Assembly: GCA_045837725.1 (NCBI GenBank)
Contig: JBEWZL010000238.1
Span: 248,001 to 312,000 of the forward strand
Length of the DNA stretch: 64,000 bases
From: Vermamoeba vermiformis
Taxonomy: Eukaryota
Direction of reading: 5' to 3'
The notes under the pieces are model-generated. The model saw nothing but the letters and a program-made list of their open reading frames with translations, had not been told where the DNA came from and searched no databases. Shown here piece by piece: positions 24,283 through 38,046 of this stretch. The stretch's first letter is position 1; each line of letters opens with the position of its first letter. Made by a program: the position numbers and the translations under genes.

Positions 24283-26999
24283 ATGCTTCGATCAGTAACA
24301 CTTATTGCACGAACCAGCTCCAAGCAATTGTATGAATCTAACAGTAGTGAAGATCTTCAATCTAGATGAAAAAATTATAAATATCCACAGCGTGCGAATA
24401 TCAATGTATTAATTCGTGCATTAATTTTAGGGGACAAAATAGCAAGCCTTTGTTATTCACATTGTCGCGAAGCTATGCTAGTAAGTGAAATAATAATTTT
24501 TATTAAAAATATCAACGGATCCCTCACCATTTCAAACCGCTTATTTTCAATTTATTCTTCAGTAAAATTAATGACATAAATTTAAATAATATATACAAAA
24601 TATTGCCGTGTAAGCAGTATCATTCAGAATTATTTCATGCATCTGCCAATCTGGAACTTCCCGCGCAGACATTTAACAGCAGCCAAAATTTTATTATATT
24701 ATCACAAATTATTTATGTTCAAACAAGCCACAAATTTTTGCTGCCAGATGCGTCAGGATAATAATATTAATTTTTTTTCTATTAGCCAACACTTCTCACG
24801 TCAAGGGAGCTACGAGCGCTCAACTCGTCGACAAAACATACAATCAATTAATTGCTGAACAATTGAGCACTTATCCACACAAAGACTTATTTAAATCATA
24901 TGACGAAGTTAAATGGACTTTCCACCAAGCCAAGGTAAGTAACGCTATTGTTGTTTGACAAATTAATTTCATTGATAATATAATGAACAACTATGCAAAT
25001 TTTAAATAGTTATTCAAATTTCTTTTTCGTGTTGGATCATCCACATCTAGGCTTGCCTAATATAAAATTTAACATACAATTCAACGTGTAATTTAACATA
25101 TTAAGCGACGCTAATAGAATTATTTGTTTATAGCCTTATATTGACGCCACTACCTTGGGTTTATTGGATCTTAACCTCGACACCAAGGGCAGTTACACTA
25201 TTGCCATGCCAAACCGTGCTGAAGCCGTAAGTTCATATTCATATATCATAGTATATATACAGTATTATATACAATGGCTAGTAATACAGAAAAGTTCCGC
25301 AATCGCTGATCTCATCAACTTTTCTATTCAACGCAAATTCTGGATTTGAATGGCGTGACATTACTGGTTGAACACCATTCATTGTAGATTTGCTATATTT
25401 AATTCATTATTGACCCTTTTTATGATTTTTTTGTCTCGTGGATCCACCGTTACGACCGACAATTTCTCATATTATAATTGTTTAGTGGGTCGCACAAATT
25501 GCTACACCTATTTCTGGTTTCAAGTTTGGCAGTATCAAGCCTGATTTACCCGCCGACGAATACGAGTAAGTTCAATCACTTCGCGTCAACATCAGATCTC
25601 GCGTTAACTTTACGTTCCATTTTAGAAAAGCTTTGATTAAGATGCAGCCCTCCTTGTTGGCTGTTAGCCCTAAAGTTGGCGAAAAAGTTGTTCTTGATAC
25701 TATTTACGACGTTTTCAATGGCCTTAAGGACCACGATCGTGAAGTTTGGATCAAGAAAGTTGATGCTCGATTCCCTTACTTGAAACACATTGTCCACACT
25801 GCCCGCAAGCACTTGGGAGGTACGCTATATTTCTACTACATGTTATTGGCCGCTAGAGTCCAGTACTAACATTCGTGTTTGCAGGCATGATCCCCTTGAA
25901 GAGCATGTTCGTCTTCGAGGCACCTCCTCGTATGATGGGTAAATTGGCTGCTAAAGACAGTCCTAACAACGTTAGCTCATTGATTGTTACTCCTGACATT
26001 AAGGTACGTTATAGTTGTTGACAAAAGTGGTACCCGAGCAAGATCTAACAACTTCTGAATCAGTTGGTTGGTCTTAGTCAAAGCGCTATCATTAACACTG
26101 GCTTGTTGATCGGCAAGGCTCTTAACATCAAGGACGACGACAACGTCATCTCTACATTGCCTCCTTATCTCTCTGTTGCCCAAGCCGTCAACGTTGGCAT
26201 GACTTTGACCGCCAAGAACAACTTGACCCTGATTGGCGAGGCTTTTAACGCCACTAAGGCTGTCGAGAGCATTCACGTGTAAGTATCAGTGTTCATTGAC
26301 TTAGAGCATTATTTTAATGAGTTGATCTTAGCGAGGGTGCCTCTGCCTTCATCGGTCTCGCTGAACACTTTGAGCAATTGCTTCAAGAAGAGAGCCTTGC
26401 TCGCACTCAACCCAAGTTCAAGCGTCTCAACAAGGTTGCCATCGTTGTTGTTCCTGGCTCCAAGGCCACCACTAGCATCGCTGATTTGGTCGCTCAGTAA
26501 GTACTAAGCAAGATCCAGCTCGGAATGCATACTCACTCTATTGAAGACTTTTAAAGTCAATTATAAGCTTACCATGTTATATGCAGTGTCTAATAATATT
26601 TTATTTAGAACTCAAAGCAAATTGAAGATTGAGAACGTGCAAGTTATTTTCAGCGTGCAACAGTCAGCTGGTGCTGTTTTGCAAGGCACCGGAAGCGAGT
26701 TGAACGTCTTCCCTCACGTTGAAGTTAAAGTTGTCGATGGCAGCGGTAAAGTCGCTTCTGTCGGTACTGAAGGAGAGTTGTTGGTTAAGGGGTAAGTTCC
26801 TCGAAAGATCTCGATCCGCTGGGATCCGTTGAAAGCAAAATTTAATCTAATTTGCCTGCCAAATAGTTTCAACGTTGTTAAGGAATATTTGAACGACGCC
26901 GAAAGCACCAAGCAAGGATTTGATAAAGACGGATTCGTCAAGACCGGAGTTACAGCAAAAGTCAACTCTAACGGAACTGTCAGCCTCGTAAAATACTAA
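24283..26999 (+). CDS. Mitochondrial-targeted acyl-CoA synthetase-like (AMP-binding fold) protein, catalytically degenerate
   Basis: Arg/Ser-rich presequence MLRSVTLIARTSSKQ...SRSYA; ANL-fold motifs FPYLKHIV, PHVEVKVVD..G...GTEGELLVKG, Y.ND...T...FD.DGFVKTG; the TSGTTG.PK loop and the C-terminal domain are missing. Confidence 0.75.
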
Positions 27000-27085
27000 A
27001 ACTGCGTGATATTTATCAATTTTTTGTAATAGCTGTTATTCAATCTGTTCGCCAATAAAATTTAATAATTCTAACGAGCCCGGAA

Positions 27086-28754
27086 ATGGACGCCACAAAG
27101 AAAACAAAAAAAAGCAAGGACAAGGAGCAGGTAATTTTTAATTTATAGATATTCACATATCTGAAGAAGTTCTATTCCTCCTTGAAGTGTAAAGTGACGC
27201 CAATATTTTAAATTAATTTTTAATTTTAATTTCATTCAGTTGCCGACCCCTTACTCTCAGCGAGATGTTATATCATTGATGGAGGCTGGCAAAGATTTTA
27301 TAATAGATTTGAGGGATTGGGAGATTGAAGGGCAGAAGGGACTAAAATATTTAGCGCGGGCGATCCACCGATCTCTTACTCTCGAGAAAATTAGTCTTGC
27401 TAACATACGAAAAATCTCACCTAGAGACATGGAAAGAATAATAGAAGTATTGAGTGACCACAAAACTATTACCACGCTGAAAATCAGAATGTCGTCTTCG
27501 GATGCAGAATACAAAATCTTGACAAGCGTGTTACAAAAAAATGCTAGAGTCAGGTATTTAGAGCTTGATTGCGCAGAATTATCACTTGAAACTGCAACTC
27601 TACTGTCAGATTCGTTGAAGGTCAACACCAGTCTGGATGAGATCAAATTTATTGCAACAAAGTTGGATGTCCCTAAACTGGCCATATTAGCAGAAGGTCT
27701 AAAAGTACATCCAAAGATACACACGACGCAATATTACTCAGAGACTCTCAATAACGAGTGCAGCAAAATCATCTTTTCAATCATCGAGCAAAATCCAAGG
27801 ATTAAAAGCCTCGAATTATCGGCCTCGCTGAGAGAATTTACCGCTTTAGAAGAGTTTGTCAAAACTAATACTACATTGGAGGCTATTGGATTCTACGAGA
27901 TTAGACCACCGCATCTGGATCCTTTCTTGCAAGCGTTGGCAGTCAACAATGGTCTTAAAGAATTTACTATGCGACATTCACATTGGGATTACTCAACGTG
28001 CAAAATTTTGGCAAATACTCTCAAAACAAATACTACCTTGCAGATCTTGCGTGGCGACTCGAAGTATTTGAACGCTGAACACGTTCGCTTGTTGTCTAAA
28101 GGATTGGCAGCCAATAATACCTTGAAAAAGTTAGATTTCCGAGAAAATAATCTTAACTCGGTCATGGACAAGACGAAGAACCCGAAAGGAAAGCCTACCG
28201 GCACCGGAGCATTTTGCGAAGCGTTGAAAAACAATACGTCCATTACAGACATCGATATATCAAATAACAAGCTATATGAACGTGGGTACGTTGATATCGC
28301 AGCGTTGCTTAAGAACAACAAAGGCATCCGGAAACTACAAATGGATCTGTTCATTGGCCACACGACCATTGACGAGTCTCTCAGGCTCATATGCGAGTCC
28401 TTAAAAGTCAATAAGACTCTAACCTCTTTAAAGCTCTATCAGTGCGTCAAGTTTTCAAATCAGGCTTGGAGTTACATTACGGAGATGTTAGAGGTCAATA
28501 GAGCCTTATCAACGCTCGAAATACCTTACGTAGACATTCCTGAAAATGTGCAGCGAAAATTAAAAAAGAATAAGAGGCGGCGAGAGAAGGGAGTAAGATC
28601 CGCCAAAATGTTGATCAGCATGATAGCGCTGCGGCCAAAAGCTTATAGTGCCGTGCTGCCTATCGAAATTTGGGCGCTTGTACTGAGGTATTACGAAGTT
28701 ACGGGCGTAAACATCAACTTCGAAAAGGAGTTTTTGGCTAAACTAAAAAATTAA
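27086..28754 (+). CDS. RNI-like (NLRC3-type) LRR protein with a C-terminal F-box-like motif
   Basis: Short Lys-rich first exon, then a 1.5-kb exon with repeated L..NTTL..L units, ending in LPIEIWALVLRY. Confidence 0.85.
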
Positions 28755-28839
28755 ATTCGGATGCACGAGCACACTTGACTTACTTGTGCATCAGCTTGTA
28801 TATTTAATATTTGTATTATATTATGTGAATAAATTGAGG

Positions 28840-30527
28840 ATGGAGAAAAACAAGACTAAGCACAAAACTTTAGGCGCCAAGCAAAAAGTAAAAAAAGAAA
28901 AGGTACATAAATTGTGATTATGCTGAAAATAATCAAAATATTAATAGTAATTTTTTAAAATTATTAGGCGAAGAAAGTGGGGGTTATTGAAAAAACTGCT
29001 CTTACCACGAGATACGTAAATCAATTCCTTGAAGAAAAAGCCCCTTTCGTCATCGATATGACAGTGGTAGATACGTATCAAATACATGAAATGAATCAAC
29101 TTTTTGCGGATGCGATCAAGGGAAGCAAGACGCTAAAAAGTTTCTTTTTCGTGTATCCTAGAGCAACCATTTCCATAGACGATTGGAACGCAATGACAAA
29201 TGCATTATCCGAAAATCAATCAATTACAGAGCTAGGTTTCAATAATAAAGGGCCCAAAATTGACGCTGAAAAAATGTTAGTGGATGTGCTCACCCGCAAC
29301 AAGAGGATAAAAAAGCTCGGATTTACTTATCACTCCAAGAATACGATGAAATACTTGAAGCACACCGTCGGCAAAGGAAGCTCGATTGAACATCTAGACA
29401 TATTGCAGTGGACTCAAGCTGAATCAACGGATCAGGAAGACTTATTTAATGCGTTGAAGGAAAACACGTCTATAACTACGTTGAGCTTAAAGCAACAAGG
29501 ATTGGGTTATTCAAGCGACCTTCTAAATAGCATTCTGAAAGCATTGGTGTTTAATACAACAGTTCACACTTTCATCGTAGATCTTGGAATAAGCAGCGCT
29601 TCAAACGAGGAGATTTCATTGTTTAAGGAATTGCTGCAAAAAACTAATTCACTAAAGACGATTGATTTGTACGACAGAAGATCAGTAGTGAAGTATTTGC
29701 CGATTATAACAGAAGGTCTGAAAACAAACAAGTCCGTAGCAAAACTGGTTCTCGATATATCGATAGAACAAGAGGATTATGCCTTATTAGGGGACGTTCT
29801 TATGGTTAACAACACATTGACGAGCTTAGACATGAAAAATACGGAGATTTCGTATAGCAGACTTGCAGATTTTGCACGAGGCCTAGCGCACAATTCAGGC
29901 TTAAAATCTTTGAATATTAGAAACAAATATCGTAGAAGAGCAAATGAATCGACAGATGGGTTGGACGCATTGGAGAACGCGTTGTTACAAAACAACACTT
30001 TGACCAAATTGGACATTAGAAACGCACCGGCGAAAGACTTTGAAAAGCTTTTGACGCATAATAACACATTACAAACGTTAAAATTGTGCGTGGATACTCC
30101 GGATATACAGTGGTTACTCAGATCTCTCACGAAAAATCAATCCTTGACAAAACTTGGGATGGTTAAGAGCCCGGGCTTCTCGCAAGATTTCTTCGAATCA
30201 ATGACGAGTTGTTTGGAGTTCAATCATTCATTACTATATTTGGAAGCAACGTCGGTTTGGGATTTGGGAGGCACAATGGCTCAGACTTTTGATCCGGAGG
30301 CTTGGACCAAGATTTTGGACCGAAATAGAGCCAATATGAAAAAAAGAAAATCGGAGATATTACTCGTTCTTCGGACAATTTTAAAACAACCCGGATTCAC
30401 TGAAAGGCTGCCACTGGATCTTTGGGCGAAGATTCTCTCCGAATTAAAGTTTCCTGGCATTACAGCTGATTTAGGACAAGTATTATATTCGTTATCGCAA
30501 CGCCCTAACGCAAAAGTGTTATTTTAG
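28840..30527 (+). CDS. RNI-like LRR protein with a C-terminal F-box-like motif (tandem paralog)
   Basis: Same two-exon layout; NNTLTSLD repeats; LPLDLWAKILSEL near the C-terminus. Confidence 0.85.
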
Positions 30528-30838
30528 TAGTAAAGAACATGTGCATATTTGTTAGGCTCTTTTATCACCGTTCGACCAGGGCGCTCAACAGGTTTTTTTT
30601 TTGGGACTTGTCAAAAGTCATTAGCGAGCACGCCATAAATAAGAGATACCAGATGTATTATACGTTTGTTATCGGAAGCTCATTTGGCTGAATTTTTGGA
30701 GCTTCCGATTCTCCGAAAATTCATTTTTTTGATCGAGAAACTTCTATGGGAGCAAGATAAAAAAGCGGCATGCAGCCTATTATTATTACAATATTACAGC
30801 AGCCACACTAATATTATTCTCCCACGGATTTATTCAAA

Positions 30839-31816
30839 ATGAGCACAGATGAAGGAAAGAAATGGGACAAAACTGCAGAAAAATACAACAAATACATCAC
30901 TATCACCGAAGACTATGCTAAAAAAATTATCGACGATTATTTGGAGAAGTCTCTTGCCCAATACGCCCACGAGTCACGAAAGCTTGATTTTCTGGATGTA
31001 GCATCTGGACCTGGCGCCGCCACGATGAAGTTGATCGAACGATTTGGCGACAAAGCAAATTATGTAGCCACTGATATTGCGTCTGCTATGCTCGAGGCAC
31101 TTCAAACCAAAGCTCACAAGTTGAACGTACCTGTTACCACTAAAGTACAAGATGGTCAAGTAAGTCGTCGATTAATCTTGGTCGATTAAGTACTAATTAT
31201 TTACAGAATATGAACGAAATCGCTGATAAGTCCGTCGATTTTCTCTTTTGTCTCTTTGGCGTCATCTTCTTTCCGGATCGAAGCAAAGGCTTTGCGTACG
31301 TAGCTCAGTGATGCTTAATGGTTTTCATTGACACGAATATACTATAGAGAGATGTTTAGAGTACTTAGGCCAGGCGGCAGTGCGTTTGTAACGAGTTGGC
31401 TTCGAACAGACACGATCGAGATCGGCTACGCGCTCGCTAAACGATTTGGCAACGAGGAAGAAGCCAAAAAAAAGTTTTCCGGTCCTATGGTACTTGCTGA
31501 TAAGGATCTTTTCAGAAAGGTACGCAATTCCGGTTGATTATAAGCGAGATCTTCATTTGTAACGAAATTTCCAAAACAGGAATTGCACGAGGCAGGCTTC
31601 GTTGACATCAATATCGATACGATTGAAATTAATACGTCTATTATTCGAGAAGGCATGGTCGAAATGATGACTCACAATCCAGTTTTGTCGATGTTCGAGC
31701 CCGATCAAGCTGGCCCAAAATTGAACGAGTTCTTTGACGACCGCTATGGTAAAGGCGTGAATATTATTCCATTAAAATTCATTGCGCAAGTAGCTATTGC
31801 GAACAAACCTCTATAA
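30839..31816 (+). CDS. Class I SAM-dependent methyltransferase
   Basis: FLDVASGPG (motif I), ATDIASAML, SVDFLFCLFGVIFFPD, EMFRVLRPGG. Confidence 0.9.
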
Positions 31817-32041
31817 GAGAAATTGCCAGAATTTTATTCGAAGAGCTACATTCGTTAAATAAATTGAATTTTTTTGTGTCGCATAATATTGATCAATTGT
31901 AATATCAGGATAAGACAAGTAAACCTTGCTTCATAAGGAAATGCGTATAAAGCGGACGTATATTCCAAATTAGGCAAGAAGAAACCGGGTTGATTTGTAC
32001 GAGTTGAGTTTTTTACTATTACTATTAATTACTGCACAATA

Positions 32042-34525
32042 ATGAAGCTATTATTGCTAGGCATAACCCTTTTGCTGGCGCTTAATTTTGGGAGCGCTTA
32101 CGTTCCTGAAGAAGTTTCCATTCTGATCTCAGTAACGCTTCAACGCGCAACTCCGTCGATTGGCCTCGAATGGAATTATACCCCACCAGCAGATGTTACC
32201 TGTTCCACCGAGTGCGTTTTCGATTTGTTCAGATGCGCTGATCCGTTCGATCCGACCCCGGACTGCTGGGGCCAGGCTATTTATACCGTTGATGTTACCC
32301 AAGGGCCAGGAACTTATAGTTATACTGACACTAATGTTCAGGTAAGGCTAAACAAATACTCACTAAGTACTTTACTAAAATTTCAGTTTGATCTCTTTCT
32401 GGAAAATTACTTTTTACGTAAAATCATATTATATGAGAGTACTACATGAACGGATTTCCTTTAGTTTTTTTTTCGGATCAAAGCAAAATTGTAACCAAAT
32501 ATTTGTCCTTAGATTGGTCAGCCTTACGAGTACAAAGTTGTCTTTAGGAATTTAATTCCTTACACTGAAGGCTATGTCGTGGCAGGAATTGATCTGCCAT
32601 TGATCGAAAACAGAGGCCACGTAATTCTTGTGGTAGCTTCGGATGCGGCGACAAACATGACTGAAGAGCTTGACCAGCTTAGAATGGATATGATTGGCGA
32701 CGGATGGGAGATTTCTAACATTTTAGTAGATATAACTGATACTGGTAAGTTTGAACGGAAATCAAAACTCGATCTGCAACTAAAATTTCTCCTTGAAGTG
32801 CCTGATGTCCATAATAAGATTAAAGAAGCCCATAATAATCGCGACATGTCGACCATATTTTTGTTCGGAAATGTTGCTGTACCCTACAGTGGCGATCTCA
32901 ATCCGGATGCTCTTTCATATCACAAAGGCGCTTGGCCTGCTGATGGTACAAGCATACTACTAGTTATACATGTATGCTAATTACATATTTGCAGCATTCT
33001 ACACAACGCTTAATGATAGCGTGTGGACCGATTCTATCGTCAACAACGTTGATGCAACAGATCCGAGAAATCACAACGTCCCTGGTGACGGCAAATACGA
33101 TATTAGCTATCTTAACAGCAACGACTACTCTTACCCGATCGGAGATGTGCGTCCAATCACAATCTCTCATATGGAGGTGAGTAAACCAAGTTTGTTCTGC
33201 TTCGAATTTGTGGGCTGACTTTTTCGTAGCTTGGACGAGTTAATTTGAATCAATTTGACGGATACGACGAAATGGATTTATTAAGGAAGTATTTGAAGAA
33301 GAATCATGGGTACAGACATCGGGAGCCCGAGTACACTTACGCGCAAAAGGCAGTCATTAACGATCTTTGGAAAAACAATGCAGCATTGCAGCCTGAAGCT
33401 ACTGCAGCTGCGGCGTAAGCAAAACATGATCATATATAGTAGTATTTACTTTGTATAACCGATTTTTAGTTGGCGAACTTTTGCAGGGTTAGTCGGCAAA
33501 GACAACATCCGCGAAGCGAATTTATTTGAAGCTCTTGATACGGACACGTAAGTACATATTATTAATATAATGGCATTAATTGGTAATTAAGGGCTGTTCT
33601 TTCTTTCTCTGTTGGTTTCGGATCATACGTTTCTCAGTACGTTGATACCCCGAACATTGTTGTTTACTTCTATTACGACTGGCTGAACAAGACCGTTAAA
33701 TCGCCTTTTCAAATTCAATCTGGTGGCATGTTTCCTGATTGGGATGTGCCGAACAATTACTTGCGCTCTGTTATCGCTGGAAGTCACGCGTTGTCAGTGA
33801 TGACTTCATCTCGTCCTCAAGCGTACTTCCATCATTTGAACTCCGGCACTCATCTTGGAAAATCAGCTCGATTGACGACAACACATGAACAAAAGTATAT
33901 AACGGTAAGATTTCTTGGAGAAGTTCAGCCGTCCAGATCTGACGGAGTTCTATTTTTAGGGTTACTATCCAACCGCAGTGACTCATTCTTTGCACGGAGG
34001 TACGCAAAATGAAAATATTTGCAACGTATTCTCATCCGATTAACTATACTTGTGCAATTAGATCCGACTCTTCGGATGTACGTTGTGGATCCGCCTCGCG
34101 ATGTTGTACGCGATAATTCGGAGAATAGTGGTGTTAAACTATCATGGACTGCATCTTCAGATACAGTGCTTGGCTATCACGTGTACAGATCAACAGCGTC
34201 GCTTGATGGACCGTACACCAGAGTCACAGAAAATATCGTGAGTGAGACCACTTTCACCGACACGTCAGCTGTTCAAGGAAAGAATTACTACATGGTGCGG
34301 GCCGTACAACTAACGCAGACGCCGGCAACTACATTTTACAATCCAAGTCAAGCTGCTTTCTTCGAAACAACGTTCCCATCACCGTCACAAAGTCCATCAT
34401 CACCGTCGAATTCTCCATCAAAACCTCAAACTCCTGGTACGGCAGCCTTGTCATTGGGTTCAACTTTATCGGTACGATTGCTGCTCGTAGTAAGTTCTTT
34501 GATTGTTACTCTGGCAGTCCTTTAG
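32042..34525 (+). CDS. Secreted/GPI-anchored peptidase-C25-like + fibronectin-III protein, copy A
   Basis: Signal peptide; GHVILVV..ELDQLRMDMIGDGW, LFGNVAVPYSG, GAWPAD..Y, LGRV, HSLHGDPTLR; FnIII LSW...VLGYHVYRS...YYMVRAV; Pro/Ser linker and hydrophobic C-terminus. Confidence 0.75.
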
Positions 34526-34892
34526 GAACAAGTCATATTGCATTTTATATTTTATTAGTAAAATTTAAGGTTTTTGCATCGCGTTCCGAATACAGAGAGG
34601 TTTACGCTGACCTTTGGGTTCAATTCAAACCAAACTGATTAACTTATCGTCCGATTTGGAGCAACTACAACTTTTCTGCGTGGATGGATCTATCATACAA
34701 ACTAGAACTAGATTTTGCATTTAAAGAGGTCAACGGGGTATTAATTTTTAAAAATTCGACAGAGAAACCGCGACAGTTGCAGTTCTATTCTTTTCCGGAG
34801 TTGCTATGTTTGGAAGCAGCTCCGCTTTCCGAAGCTCCCGTCCCGCTTTACTCAACAGTTTAACGTAGTGCGACCACGATACTAACACAACG

Positions 34893-37409
34893 ATGAAGTC
34901 ATTATTATTACTGTGCCTACTCTTGCTGACCGAAAGCAATTTTTACGTCAGCGCGGTGTATCCGGAAGAAATATCCATTCAGATTAAAGTAACGCTGCAA
35001 CGCGATGCCCCTGCGATCACCCTCGAATGGAATTACACCCAACCAGCTGATGCTGACACATGCGTTTCTGATTGCGTCTTCGATGTTTTCAGATGCGATG
35101 ATCCGTTTGATCCGACACCGAATTGCTGGGGAAATCCCTTTTGCACTGCTGATCTCATCCAGGGCCCAGGTTCTTATGGTTGTACCGATACTAATGTTCA
35201 GGTAGGTTGACTGATGAACAAATAAAGAGGTGAATTAATTTTTGTAAAGCGGAACAAAATTTCATTTCTAATTTAAAAATATTTACCTCTATTTTTGTTA
35301 TTGAATTAGTATTAATACTTATAGCGCTTGGTCGATAATTTGACCGTTTTCGCTTTCTTCGATCCGAACAACAAACGAATACAAAATTGTACTAAAACAG
35401 TTATCCAGATTGGTCGGCCTTATGAATACAGGGTTAAATCAAGATTTATTGTCAAAGCTTCTTATTCTCCCCCTGATGGCTATGTCGTGGCAGGTATTGA
35501 TCTGCCATTGATCGAAAACAGAGGCCACGTAATTCTTGTGGTAGCTTCGGATGCAGCGACAAACATGACTGAAGAGCTTGATCAGCTTAGAATGGATATG
35601 ATTGGCGACGGATGGGAGGTTTCGAATATTTTAGTCGAACTCAACGATACGGGTAAGTTGCCAACAAAAAATGAAAAATAAATTATAAAATCGATCCGAA
35701 TCTAACTTCAATCTGCAGTGCCCGATATCCGCAGTAAGATTAAAGAAGCTCATAATAATCGCGACATGTCGACCACATTTTTGTTTGGAAATGTGGCTGT
35801 TCCCTACAGTGGCGAACTCAGTCCGGATGGACACACAGACCACATAGGAGCTTGGCCCGCTGATGGTAGAACTATAATCCGTCTTTCAAGGATAAACTAA
35901 TCTTCTATTATTCAGTTTTCTACACTTCATTGAATGATAGCGTGTGGACTGATTCTATCATCAACAACGCAGGTGCAACAGATCCGAGAAATCACAACGT
36001 TCCTGGTGACGGCAAATACGATGTAACCTTTCTAAACAACCTTCAAGTGCCTTTGATAATCGAAGTGCGGCCTATAACTATCGCTCATCTGGAGGTAAAC
36101 CTGGACTTCGAGCAATTTTACAGTCTGACCATTTTCATCAGCTTGGACGAGTTAATTTGAAGCAATTTGACGGATTTGACGAAATGGATCTATTGAGGAA
36201 GTATTTGAAGAAGAATCATGGGTACAGACATCGAGAGCCAGAGTACACTTACGCGCAAAAAGCAGTCGTTAACGATGGTTGGAAAAATGTAGCAATAATG
36301 CAACCCGAAGCTAATGCAGCTACTGCGTAAGTCTGAATGCACAATAAAGTTAATATACATTTAAATAATGGTTATCATTTTTTCAGTTGGCGAACTTTTC
36401 CTGGATTGGTCGGCATCGAAAATATCTACGAAGGAAACTTGTTTGACACTCTTTATAACGATACGCAAGTACTTTCGATATATTTTGCATTATTAATGGT
36501 ATTTTTCAGAGCTATTCTTGCATACGCAGTTGGTTACGGAACATACACCTCCGAGCAGTACGTCGGAAGTACCTCCGATTGGCTGACAAAGACCGTTAAG
36601 GCCCCGTTTCAATTCCACCACGGAAGTTACTTCATTGATTGGGATGTGCCGAACAATTACTTGCGCTCTGTTATCGCTGGAAGTCACGCGTTGTCAGTGA
36701 TGACTTCATCTCGTCCTCGAGCGTACTTCCATCATTTGAACACGGGTACTCACCTTGGAAAATCAGCTCGATTGACGACAACACATGAAGACAAATATCA
36801 TTCGGTGAGATGACAAGAGATTTAAAAGTTTTCTTTGAGATGTGATCTGAGATGCGTTCTTTTTTAGGGCTTGTTTAAAAATTCAGTCACGCATTCTTTA
36901 CACGGAGGTATGTTTATTAATTTTTCAACGATTTTGAACTAATGCGTGGTTTGTCGTGAGCAGATCCGACTCTTCGAATGTACATTGTGGATGCACCTCG
37001 CAACGTCACTCGTGATAATTCTGAGAAAATTGGCCTGAAACTATCATGGAATGCATCTTCAGATACAGTGCTTGGCTATCATGTGTACAGATCAACAGAG
37101 TCGTTTGATGGACCGTACATCAGAGTCACCGAAAATATCGTGAGTGACACCACTTTCACCGACATGCCTGCTGTTTCGGGAAACATGTACTACATGGTAC
37201 GAGCCATACAACTGACGCAGACGCCGGCAACTACATTTTACAATCCAAGTCAAGCTGCTTTCTTCGAAACAACGTACGTTGCACCTCCACAAAGTCCTAT
37301 CCCGCCACCAAACGCTCCTGGTAAACCATCCGTGGCATTCGCTTCAACTTTATCGGCACAATTGTTGCTCTTAGTAAGTTCTTTGGCCGTCACTCTTGTA
37401 GTCCTTTAG
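34893..37409 (+). CDS. Peptidase-C25-like + FnIII surface protein, copy B
   Basis: Paralog of copy A with the same intron positions; one intron needs a GC donor at 36465. Confidence 0.75.
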
Positions 37410-38046
37410 GAATAACAGTCACTCTGTGCGAAACACCTTTCGGAACAACCGTTATGTTGTATTCGAGTGTAAAGTATCTCATTTCACCAAACAGAATAGC
37501 TGCTACAGTAAATTAAATTTACGTATTTACATCACCTTTTGGCATCACATATCTAATGGCCGTTGCTACACATAACGGTTCCGAAATGGTTATTTGAATT
37601 CACGATTGAAGTACCCACAGCCATTAAGACATTGGTGTGGTAGATCGGTCGTTTTTCATCGTCACGTGCTTTCATCGAATTACTCTAAACGTTTAAGAGA
37701 AACTGCGTTTTTACTATGTTTGGAAGCGGCCTCGCTTTCCGAAAATCAAGGCCCGCTTTACTCAACGTTTAATTTAATGCAACCACAAGTAAAGTAATGA
37801 TGAAGTCATTAATATTACTGGGCTTACTCTTGCTGAGCCAAAGCAATTTTTACGTCAGCGCGGTGTTTTCGGAAGAAATATCCATTCAGATCAAAGTAAC
37901 GCTGCAACGCGATACCCCTGCGATCACCCTCGAATGGAATTATACCCACCCAGCTGATGCTAACGCATGTGTTGTAGACTGCGTCTTCGATGTTTTCAGA
38001 TGCGAGGATCCTTTCAATCAGACTCAGAATTGCTGGGGAAATCCCT

